DNA of 64,000 nt, taken from an uncultured Verrucomicrobiae bacterium (GTDB taxonomy: Bacteria > Verrucomicrobiota > Verrucomicrobiia > Limisphaerales > Palsa-1400). A model generated the notes under the pieces. The model was not told the DNA's origin and did no database searches. It saw nothing but the letters and a program-made list of their open reading frames with translations. Position numbers and translations under genes: made by a program. Of this stretch, positions 48,689 to 57,699 are shown one piece after another (the stretch's first letter is position 1; every line of letters starts with the position of its first letter). Where the stretch lies: positions 4,448,001 through 4,512,000 of the forward strand of contig OY969763.1 of NCBI GenBank assembly GCA_963702845.1, written 5' to 3'.

Positions 48689-48692
48689 AACG

Positions 48693-48811
48693 GTAGGGAC
48701 GATCGCGCGGTTCGCGGAAGCGAACATCAAAATAATTTGTTCGAATCTCCGTCGTCCGCTGACCTTTCAAATCTCAAATCGGCAGGTAGGGATCGCGCGC
48801 CGCGCGGTCCG
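48693..48811 (+). repeat. ~68-bp repeat copy 2 followed by a GTAG REP
   Basis: 48693-48760 matches 39568-39635; GTAGGGATCGCGCGCCGCGCGGTCC at 48786. Confidence 0.8.
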
Positions 48812-49078
48812 ACAACCCCGAAGTGGGTTGAAGCATCCAGCCCAGGCCCACGCGCCCGCGTCCCCAAAATAATTTGTTCTGATGTGGTTAGGGCAACAGG
48901 GACCTACCCTGGGTAAAAACCCAAAAAGCGAATCTTCACGACAGCGCGACGAAGGAGTTAATGGAATTTTAGTCGTCTTGCAGACGTCGAACTGGTTCAG
49001 CGAACCCGCTCCAACGTTCTTGTCCTTCATCCTATGCTTGTCACGTACGGGCAGGCGCTCTTAGTATTTGTGCAAACC

Positions 49079-50179
49079 ATGGGACACACAGCTACGTTTA
49101 GAGCTCTTCAAGCTGCTGAACGAAGGCAGCAACGCGAGGAGCAAAGCCTGCGACGAGAATATGAACGGCAGGCGAAAGAACGCGAGAAACTATCCGCTAT
49201 TGAGCAGGCTCGGCTCGAGGTTCGGCTTTACGAAAATCAGCTGAATCTCCTGCTATCGATGCACAAGGAATACCGACCAGCATGGGACTGGGCGGCAGTA
49301 GCTTCTGCATTGCCGCCGCTGCCACCCAAAAGAAATCCAGCGAACGAATTCAAAGCCATGTTGCAGTTGGCGCTGACGGAGATAGAGCAAAAGGCGACCG
49401 GCGAGTCATTTCTTGAACAGGCAAGGGCGACGGACGACTGTGATTTCGAAGCCGCGAAGCTGTCGTATTGTGGTGACCTGATTAAGTGGGAGAAACTTCG
49501 TAAGTTGGCGCAACGAATTCTGATCGGTGAGCATAAGGCATATACTCAAGCACTACTGGACTTAAACCCTTTCGCTGAACTGTCGTATCTAGGCTCTTCA
49601 ATCAATTTGACTGTCCACAACTCGCGCTTTGTCGAATGCTCCCTGAAGGTCAATGGCAAACAAGCGATACCTAGTGAAACAAAAAGCTTAACGGCCACGG
49701 AAAAGCTCTCGACTAAGCCGATGTCCAAAGCTCGATTCCACGAGGTATACACCGAATACATCTGCTCGTGTGTTTTGCGCGTTGCGCTAGAAGTTATTGC
49801 GCTGTTGCCAACCGACGATTTGATTGTCACCGCGATCGCCGACGTAACGGAGCAACAATCAGGACGGTCTATCGAAAAACCGGTTCTTTCGATTTTGATT
49901 TCGCGGATTCATGTAGAAGCCACGAACTTCAATGACCTGAACGCGTACGATGCCATTGAAGCTCTCACTCACCGAGGCGATCTCCGTGGCACTCGCAAAT
50001 TGGAGTTCCGCGAAATCAGTCCACTGAAGCCTGAAGATTTGTCCCATGTCGCACACGAACATTTAGAGTTGTCCGCGCTGATTTCTAAAGGCCGAAAGCA
50101 ATGTGAAGAAATGCGACTGGCGGCCTCTGAATACAAGCGGCGCGCGGATGCCGCGACTGCAGAAACAACACCAGTATGA
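49079..50179 (+). CDS. Hypothetical protein (N-terminal coiled coil, conserved alpha/beta C-terminal region) coupled to the DUF4041 nuclease gene
   Basis: IP..TKSLT..KLSTK.M..RF.E.Y..YICSCVLRVA.E..ALLP; ATGA overlap with next gene. Confidence 0.75.
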   Translation: MGHTATFRALQAAERRQQREEQSLRREYERQAKEREKLSAIEQARLEVRLYENQLNLLLSMHKEYRPAWDWAAVASALPPLPPKRNPANEFKAMLQLALTEIEQKATGESFLEQARATDDCDFEAAKLSYCGDLIKWEKLRKLAQRILIGEHKAYTQALLDLNPFAELSYLGSSINLTVHNSRFVECSLKVNGKQAIPSETKSLTATEKLSTKPMSKARFHEVYTEYICSCVLRVALEVIALLPTDDLIVTAIADVTEQQSGRSIEKPVLSILISRIHVEATNFNDLNAYDAIEALTHRGDLRGTRKLEFREISPLKPEDLSHVAHEHLELSALISKGRKQCEEMRLAASEYKRRADAATAETTPV

Positions 50180-51967
50180 CGATCACGTTTGCAATCTTGT
50201 TCGCTGTTAGCCTGGCTTTATTAATTTTTCTCGCGCTCAAAAACCAGCGACTGGAGGCAGAACTGAATCGCGTAAACACCGAAACGCAGCAGGCAATCGC
50301 GGCTGCCGAAAAAGCCGGCGAAGATCGGGTGTCGCTTGTTCGACAGCAGGCGGAAGCAGCCGTTTCACAGGCTCAGAGAATTGTTGATCAACAGTTCACT
50401 CAATTCCAGCAGGATGCTGATCGGGTGCGTGAGTATTACGAAGTCGAGGCCCGCAAGGTTCAAGCTGAAGCAAGCGCTCAAGCCGCAGAAATCATTGCCG
50501 AGCTGGAGCCCTTACGGCGCTACCAGCACCTTCGTGACGCCGAGCAGCAAGCACACCAAGCGCTTTCCATCGCGATGAACGAAGCGAGCGTATTGCGAAC
50601 CGAAGCTCAATCGCTGCTTGAACAAGCGCGTAACGCTGCACGCGCGGAGCGGACGCAAGCTCTGCAACGAGCGAAATCCCTGCGCGAGCAAGCAGACGCT
50701 CTGCTGAATCAAGCCACCAAAGATGCCGGACGCATAATTGCCGAATCGGAAAAGCGCGCGGAGGAAATCGGAGGCGATGCTTACCGTGCGTTGAGAGAAA
50801 AAGACACGCTGGGACAAGCGGTAGAAGCGTTGAGGAATGTGGTTGAAGGCTACGGAAACAAATACCTAGTGCCGACGCACAGCTTATTGGACGACCTTGC
50901 AGCGGAGTTCGGTTACGCTGCTGCAGGCGAGTCATTAAGGTCTGCCCGTGATCTATCGAGGCGGATGGTCGAACAAGGAGACGCGGCTGCGTGTGACTAT
51001 GTTGAAGCAGTGCGTAAGAACACCGCAGTTCAATTCGTTGTCCATGCATTCAATGGCCGCGTTGATGCAATCTTATCACGAGTGAGGTACGACAATTATG
51101 GGATTTTAGATCAACAGATACGCGATGCGTTTAGCCTTTAGCCTTGTGAACAAAGATGGGCAGGCCTTCAGGAACGCACGCATACTTTCCACTTATCTAG
51201 ATGCCAGACTCGCGGAATTGAAATGGGCCGTCATTGTTCAAGATCTAGCGCGCCAACGTCAGGAAGAGCAGCGGGCCATTCGTGAGGAAATTCGCGACCG
51301 CGAACTTGCGGAAAAAGAGCGCAAACAGAAAGAACAGCGAGCTGCGGAAGAAGAAGAATTGAAGCGCAAGGCAGTTGCCGAAGCAGAAGCTCGGTTTGCC
51401 AAGGCAGCAGCGGATGAAAAAGACCAAATGCAGAGGCAACTGGACGAGGCACGCAAGCAATTGGAGGAGGCGACCGCTCAGAAGCTTCAAATCTCGCAAC
51501 AGACGAAGGTCGGACACGTATATGTCCTATCGAACATTGGTTCGTTTGGAGACGGCGATCCGAACGGACGCCGCATGTACAAAATCGGCGAAACGCAACG
51601 GGAACCTGAGGTTCGGGTAAAAGAGCTAGGCGGAGCCAGCGTTCCATTTGAGTTTGACATACATGCGGTAATCGAGACCGAAAATTCGCGGGCGCTTGAA
51701 CATAAACTCCACAAGATTTTTGCCAGCACACGAGTCAACAAGATGAATCTTAGGAAGGAATTTTTCCGAGTGACGCTATCTGAGATTCAGGCCGAACTTA
51801 AAAATCTCAAACAAGGCGTTGATTACATACGTTTGACTTGGACAGAGGAAGCTCGGGCCATGCAGTGGAAAGAAACTCGCGACATTGAAAGCGATGCGCA
51901 CAAGCTTCAAGAATGGGAACAGAATTCCGCCCGGCGCCGATTAGGCACTGATGATGAAATAGCGTAG
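50176..51967 (+). pseudogene. TM-coiled coil-DUF4041-GIY-YIG (T5orf172/MUG113) nuclease, PD-lambda-1/SNIPE-like, split by a 7-bp duplication
   Basis: N-terminal TM; AFNGRVDAIL...YLDARLAEL (DUF4041); GHVYVLSNIGSFG, YKIG, ELGGASVPFEFDIH, RKEFF; TTAGCCT doubled at 51131-51144. Confidence 0.85.
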
Positions 51968-51986
51968 CGTCTCACATCCGTAATGT

Positions 51987-52262
51987 GCTCAGCGACGGTG
52001 ATTGCGTCGTCTTGATCAAAAATTTGAAATTGGGCGGTGCCAATCAGGTTCTCAAAGGCGGCTCCAAATCCATTCGTCTCGTGGACGGCATTTTCATCGC
52101 GCTGAAAGCCTGTTTCGTAAAGAAGGCGTGAAAATCGGACTTCAGGCAGGCAGGTATGAGATGCGCGCGAGGAGTGTGCTTCGAAATTTCGCCAGTGACG
52201 CCTGTGACCCGTCCCACATGACGGGTCAAAAGTGCAAAACAATGTTTACAGGCCTTGGGACG
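51987..52262 (+). repeat. Direct repeat copy 1: 3' half of a yjdM/phnA-like gene plus dispersed element copy B (52195-52262)
   Basis: Near-identical to 53221-53530; carries an internal deletion between GTGGACGGC microhomologies. Confidence 0.92.
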
Positions 52263-52676
52263 CTCACTTTTTAACCCTCAGGCTCTGCTCATATTTTTAC
52301 GACGACGAATACGAGTGGAAGCTGGATTTAAACCAATCGTCCAAACACATCGAAAAAGTCGCCGGCATCCCCGTTTTAGTTTTCGCGAAGAACGGTTACG
52401 GCGTGCTTCGATTTTCTCAGGCACCTATTTTTGCCGGAGGATATGTCACCCTTGCTCAGAAGGCCCCAGTCCTCGCTGCAGTAAAAACCGAACCGGCGTT
52501 GCGTCATAGAGGTAGCAACTTCTTGGTTTGACGAATGGCACAAGTGGTTTGAGGCTGTTTTTCAGGAGGAGGAACTATGGGTGGCTTACGGATGTTACTG
52601 TCGCTTTGTCGGCACCAACGCACCACGGCAATTACCGCTCCGCTCGAGCCAATCTATTTTTAAAGGAGGATCGTTT

Positions 52677-53012
52677 ATGAGAAACCACATACAGATTCTT
52701 TGTGTCGCTGCAATGTTGGCTACGCTTTCCATCGCGCATGCTTATAGCGGTCCGGCGCTTATGGATCCTTCTCCTACATCGCCCACCTCGCCAACGCCGC
52801 CTACGCCTAAACCACCCGCCCCAAAGCCACCTACACCGCCGCCGCCGTCGCCGCCGAAAGACATCACTTTTGATGCGTATTCCTTTGGCCGCGTGAGCGA
52901 AAGCGGATCGTTGGACGCGCGACGGGTGTGGTCGCTTCTTTGGACAAGGATCGATACTGGTGCCGCGCTGGAATCGCTGGTTCATGAAGTTGGACGGGAA
53001 GGTCGGAGATAA
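52677..53012 (+). CDS. Small proline-rich secreted hypothetical protein
   Basis: Strong AAGGAGG RBS, signal peptide ending AHA, PSPTSPTSPTPPTPKPPAPKPPTPPPP. Confidence 0.65.
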   Translation: MRNHIQILCVAAMLATLSIAHAYSGPALMDPSPTSPTSPTPPTPKPPAPKPPTPPPPSPPKDITFDAYSFGRVSESGSLDARRVWSLLWTRIDTGAALESLVHEVGREGRR

Positions 53013-53082
53013 TGCAGGACCGATGTAGAGCCGCCTGACACTTGATTGCTGTTTGGGCAACACCCGTTACCCTGCTCTCTTA

Positions 53083-53395
53083 ATGAGTAAACCTGTCTGC
53101 CCGATGTGTGAGATGACCGATGTTCTCGAATTTCCTCAAAAATGGGAATGCGTCACTTGCGGTCACGAATGGGAACGCGCGCCTGAACCGGAAGCAGCAG
53201 CCGGCCCGCGCGTCGTCTGCGCTCAGCGACGGCGATTGCGTCGTCTTGATCAAGGATTTGAAATTGGGCGGTGGCAATCAGGTTCTCAAAGGCGGCTCCA
53301 AATCCATTCGTCTCGTGGACGGCGATCACGAGATTGACTGCAAGGTGGACGGCATTTCCATCGCGCTGAAAGCCTGTTTCGTAAAGAAGGCGTGA
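53083..53395 (+). pseudogene. YjdM/PhnA zinc-ribbon protein, frameshifted near 53218
   Basis: [14 protein letters not shown] in one frame, [14 protein letters not shown]...[25 protein letters not shown] in another. Confidence 0.85.
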
Positions 53396-53458
53396 AAATC
53401 GGACTTCAGGCAGGCAGGTATGAGTATGCGCGCGAGGAGTGTGCTTCGAATTTCGCCC

Positions 53459-53531
53459 GTGACGCCTGTGCCCAGTCCCACATGACGGGTCAAAAGTGCA
53501 AAATTACCAATGTTTACAGGCCTTGGGACGG
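53459..53531 (+). repeat. Dispersed element copy C (degenerate palindrome)
   Basis: GTCCCACATGACGGGTCAAAAGTGCAAAATTACCAATGTTTACAGGCCTTGGGACGG. Confidence 0.85.
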
Positions 53532-53933
53532 CGCGACGCGGTTGGGAGCTGTCGTCTTGCCAAATGCCGGAACGATCCAGAAGTGGACGCACTGCGTTCA
53601 GCGGACAAATCAGAACGTTTTTGCGTGCTGATGCTTACGTTCTTTTTGATCTTTTTTGGTTTCCCTGCGCAGTTCCGCCTCTGCTTGAAACCAGTGGTCC
53701 TGGCCGCGACCCTCTGGCTTGCCTTCACGTTCCCAGATTTCGAACGCCCGTTTTGAAATATCTTCGAAAGTTATTTTCATAACCATCAAGTTATCGCTCG
53801 ACTCGTTTGTTTTCTATTAAGGTTATCGCTGAATTCCTGCGAGAGCATTGAACTTTGCGCGGAGCGTCTACTCCCACCCAACTGATCTTCTGGTTTAGTT
53901 TGCTCTTCAGCTTGGGGGGCGGCACCTGGTCAA

Positions 53934-55862
53934 TCAGCGATGTCGTTGCTCATCAAGAGACCGGGCCAGTTGCAGCACTGAGTCCGAAATGTCCACTTGA
54001 TGTTTTTTTGCCGGTCTCATCTGGCGCAATCCGGTGGGTAATTGTTCCAATTGGGTTCTGCAGTGTTCACGGATTTGTTGCAGCGAAACCGGTGGCGAAA
54101 CCCTTCGTCCTGCACGCATGACCGACTGGAGCAGCGGTTCACCTTGCTGAACATCACTGTCCAATGCGACCACGTCACGGATCATTTGCCCTTTATCGTC
54201 GCTGATTCGATAAACTTGTTTTCGACCCGGCCAAGTCGCCTTTCCTTCGGAGTGCTTGCGCGTGGCATGACCTGCGTATTCCTGAATCTTGTATGCACAA
54301 TCCAGGCAGGGCGCATCGGCGGACGTACATAACTCGCTGCCGATTCCAAAACCGTCAATCGGCGCGTTTGCCTCGAGCAGCCGTTGGATTTCATGTTCGT
54401 TCAGGTGACCACTGGCGAAGATGTGGACTTCGCGCAAACCCCCTTGGTCAAGTATATCTCTTACCGCGAACGCATGTGAGGCCAGGTCGCCGCTGTCGAG
54501 CCTGACGCCATGGATGGCCAAACCTTCTTTCTTCCAGCCCGGAGCCAATTCAACAACTTTGCGCGCTGCCGATTCGGTGTCGTAGGTATCCAACACCAGA
54601 ACGATCTCTTTGGGGTTCGCCCGTGCGAATCGTCGGAAAGCTTCGGCTTCATCCCTGCACGCCTGGACGAATGCGTGGGCCATCGTGCCCGAGAGTGGAA
54701 TGTCAAACATGCGTCCGGCAAGGACATTGGAGGTAGCGGTGAAGCCGGCGAGATAACTAGCGCGTGCGGCTAGGCACCCGGCCTCCGCCCCGTGCGCCCG
54801 GCGCAGACCGAAGTCCACCAAAACTTTTCCCGACGCCGCTAAAACGCAACGCGCAGCCTTGGACGCAACCAATGTTTGAAAATGCAGGAGATTCATGAGC
54901 CGTGTTTCAACAAGCTGCGCCTGCGGCAATGGGGCGGTGATGCGGATTACTGGTTCCTGACCAAAGAACGGTGTTCCTTCCGGCATGGCATCTACGTCGC
55001 CCGTAAAGTGCATCGTTCTCAAGGAATCAAGAAACCGTGGATCGAAACGTTGTGTGTTCGCAAGCCACGCAAGCTCATCCGAATCAAATCGGAGTTCTTC
55101 AAGAAAACGAAGCACCTGCTCCAGGCCGGCGGCGATCAGAAAATTTCGATTGGCCGGTAATTCACGAACGAAGAACTCGAAGACAGCCGTTTCCTCCATT
55201 TCATTGAGAAAATAGCCTTGAAGCATCGTGAGTTCGTAAAGGTCGGTGAGCAGCGCGCTGGTTTCAACGTTCGCTGGCGCAAGTTGATTCATTTGAAGCG
55301 GCACTGCCCCTGCGCGTTTCATTTCCTGTTCGGCCTTCTGTCCGTCGTCCGGTTGTGCGTTTACGGCGCGAATGGCGTCGCGCAGATAATAGACCTTGAA
55401 CCCTCTCTGCCGCGCGCCGAGGACAGTGTACAATACGCAATAATCCGTCGCCAATCCGCCGACGAACAGTCGTGAAATATTTCTTTCGCGCAGTGTGTTT
55501 TCAAATCCTGTGCCTTCGAATGGGGAATAGGTTTCCTCATCGCGGACGCTTGGCTTGGAGACAATCTCCGTTGAAGGCGACAGTTTCAATTGCGGCGAGA
55601 TTTGCGCGCCATGCGAACCCGCAATGCAGTGCTCCGGCCATGGGCCGCCACGGGAATGAAATGAACAGTGGTCTGCCGGATGCCAGTCGCGCGTCGCGAA
55701 AACGGGCAGGCGGCGGCGCGCAAACCGGTCGACATAGTGGTTTAAAGGCGAGATCACTTCGTCGCCCTGCGGGACCGCCAACGCGCCGCCGGGAAGGAAA
55801 TCGTTTTGCACATCCACGATGACGAGTGTGTCTCCATATCGAAGTGAAACGGTGGTGTTCAT
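53934..55862 (-). CDS. Nicotinamidase (PncA)-nicotinate phosphoribosyltransferase (PncB) fusion
   Basis: N-terminal VDVQNDF, DWHP, WPEHC, GLATDYCV; C-terminal LLTDLYELTM, DFGLRRAHG, GTMAH, DTYD, VRLDSGD. Confidence 0.93.
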   Translation of the reverse strand: MNTTVSLRYGDTLVIVDVQNDFLPGGALAVPQGDEVISPLNHYVDRFARRRLPVFATRDWHPADHCSFHSRGGPWPEHCIAGSHGAQISPQLKLSPSTEIVSKPSVRDEETYSPFEGTGFENTLRERNISRLFVGGLATDYCVLYTVLGARQRGFKVYYLRDAIRAVNAQPDDGQKAEQEMKRAGAVPLQMNQLAPANVETSALLTDLYELTMLQGYFLNEMEETAVFEFFVRELPANRNFLIAAGLEQVLRFLEELRFDSDELAWLANTQRFDPRFLDSLRTMHFTGDVDAMPEGTPFFGQEPVIRITAPLPQAQLVETRLMNLLHFQTLVASKAARCVLAASGKVLVDFGLRRAHGAEAGCLAARASYLAGFTATSNVLAGRMFDIPLSGTMAHAFVQACRDEAEAFRRFARANPKEIVLVLDTYDTESAARKVVELAPGWKKEGLAIHGVRLDSGDLASHAFAVRDILDQGGLREVHIFASGHLNEHEIQRLLEANAPIDGFGIGSELCTSADAPCLDCAYKIQEYAGHATRKHSEGKATWPGRKQVYRISDDKGQMIRDVVALDSDVQQGEPLLQSVMRAGRRVSPPVSLQQIREHCRTQLEQLPTGLRQMRPAKKHQVDISDSVLQLARSLDEQRHR

Positions 55863-56009
55863 ATGACCATTGCTCGAAGTTCATCCGTTCCCTGTATTAA
55901 ACCTCGGGGAGGTTGATTAGGGGTTCAAGGGGCGACATGTTTTTAGAAATCTGCCCGTTGCGCAGGACCAGAACACTCATAGGGTGAACTGAATAGGGAA
56001 AGGACGATC

Positions 56010-56909
56010 ATGAAACTGCAAGCGCGTGCACGGCCCTCAGCACTGGTCATGGAGCGGTCGCGCAGGGGAGCTAGAGTCAAAACGGACGCTGAGCGGGCCT
56101 TCGCCTTTTTGGAAATTAACCAACGCGAGGAAAAACCGCGCAAGGTCGGGTTGACGGAGATTCGCGGGCCGTATTACACGCCGATGGGCAGACGTTATCT
56201 TGAGGACGTGCTCGAAACCATGGGCACCTATGTGGACTCGCTGAAATTTGCCGGCGGGTCGTTTGCTTTGATGTCGCGCAAATGCGTGCGTGAACTGATT
56301 GAGACGTCGCACCGCTTTGAGGTGGAGGTTTCTACTGGCGGGTTCATTGAGCACGTGCTCACCAAAGGCGCAAAGCAGGTCGAGCGATACATCGCCGAAT
56401 GTGCGGAATTGGGTTTTGATACCATAGAGATTTCCTCGGGTTTCATCACCATTCCGATTAATGATTGGGTTCGCCTCATCGAAGATGTTCAGAAGGCGGG
56501 CCTGAAGCCGAAACCCGAGGTCGGCATTCAATTCGGCGCTGGTGGCGCAAGTGAGGTTTCGATCCTCGAACAACAGGGCACTTCTTCCCCGCAATTGGCG
56601 ATTGATCGCGCTAAACGATTTCTCGATGCGGGCGCATCCCTCATCATGATTGAGTCCGAGGGGATTACCGAAAGTGTGAAAACCTGGCGCACGGATGTCG
56701 CGACGCAATTTGCCACCGCACTCGGACTCGAACACCTCATGTTCGAGGCTGCCGATCCGTTGGTGTTTTCGTGGTATATCAAAAACTTCGGTGCTGAAGT
56801 TAATTTGTTTGTAGATCATAGCCAAATCGTCCAACTCGAGGCATTGCGCCGCGGAATTTGGGGAACCGCAGAATTGTGGGGCAAGGTGATTACCTTCAAG
56901 CGGGACTGA
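56010..56909 (+). CDS. comA: Phosphosulfolactate synthase (ComA/HSA32) family protein (start may be slightly downstream)
   Basis: KPR..GLTEIRGPYY, LKFAGGS, STGGFIE, IEISSG, KPEVG, MIESEG, FEA, NLFVD. Confidence 0.85.
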   Translation: MKLQARARPSALVMERSRRGARVKTDAERAFAFLEINQREEKPRKVGLTEIRGPYYTPMGRRYLEDVLETMGTYVDSLKFAGGSFALMSRKCVRELIETSHRFEVEVSTGGFIEHVLTKGAKQVERYIAECAELGFDTIEISSGFITIPINDWVRLIEDVQKAGLKPKPEVGIQFGAGGASEVSILEQQGTSSPQLAIDRAKRFLDAGASLIMIESEGITESVKTWRTDVATQFATALGLEHLMFEAADPLVFSWYIKNFGAEVNLFVDHSQIVQLEALRRGIWGTAELWGKVITFKRD

Positions 56910-57002
56910 GCCAAGGCAGCATTCGATTCCTCAACACGCAAAAATCACCATTCCCTCAAGGGCGGGACAGTCCTTGGGACCGAAAGCCATGCGGCTCGCC
57001 CA

Positions 57003-57096
57003 TGGGACGGCTGTGACCCGTCCCATGGGACGGGTCAAAACGCAAAAACAACCAATGTTTACAGGCCTTGGGACGGGGTGACGGGTCTAGAGGGGG
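57003..57096 (+). repeat. Dispersed element copy D with perfect 24-bp palindrome
   Basis: TGACCCGTCCCATGGGACGGGTCA at 57014-57037; continues like copy A to GGGTCTAGAGGGGG. Confidence 0.9.
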
Positions 57097-57440
57097 GGAA
57101 GGGGTATGCCTCGCGTCCTTCGCCCTTGTCGCGCGAAATCCACGTATTCAATTCTGGAAAACTTGTTTTCGGTCATCTTTGGTCACGTTCGGTCACGTTT
57201 GGTCATCTCCACTCTCATTTTCACTCTCACTTTGAAATTTCCTTGGGTTTCGGTGCTGAAAAGTGCGGAAAAGTGCCAATTAGTGCGGTTAAGTGCGCCC
57301 TTCAAAAAAGCAGTTTTTGGTAGCCTGAGGTAAGCGTTTAGATTCCCAAAGAAATATTTTCGCTGGCTTTAACTGGCCTTCACTTGCCTCCGCTGGCTTT
57401 TGCAAACCCGGATCACGTGAAAAAAACAAAACAGTAACAA

Positions 57441-57530
57441 AAGGTAATCGGAGGTAATCGGAGGTAATCGGAGGTAATCGGAGGTAATCGGAGGTAATCG
57501 GAGGTAATCGGAGGTAATCGGAAGTAATCG
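57441..57530 (+). repeat. Tandem repeat, 9 x 10 bp (GAGGTAATCG)
   Basis: Seven perfect units plus one single-mismatch unit at each end. Confidence 0.97.
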
Positions 57531-57699
57531 CATGATGCCGTCCTCGAAGAAAATTGCATCGTTTCTGCATCATTTTTGCATCATAAGCGCCATCGCTCCA
57601 CTCGCGCGAAATTCCTCACCGGTCAAATGCGGTAAAGAAACGGTAAACTTTTGCCCAACTTCCAATGGATATCGGGCAGGCGCTTCCTGGCAACATGCC

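Noticed and set aside
52232..52531. 99-aa ORF after the first yjdM repeat
   Set aside because: Its start lies inside the repeat element; it may be a gene fragment but no family is recognisable
53934..55862. Phage-type NAD reconstitution pathway (NARP1/NARP2)
   Set aside because: Domain content is PncA+PncB, not Adps/Namat or Nampt/Nmnat, and there is no phage context
51987..57096. Integron cassette array with attC sites
   Set aside because: The repeats lack RYYYAAC/GTTRRRY ends, the genes point in both directions, and no integron integrase is present
57441..57530. Possible CRISPR array
   Set aside because: Units are 10 bp and contiguous with no unique spacers; no cas genes in the window
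57289..57573. ORF with repeated ITSDYLRLPP
   Set aside because: Translation artefact of the 10-bp tandem repeat
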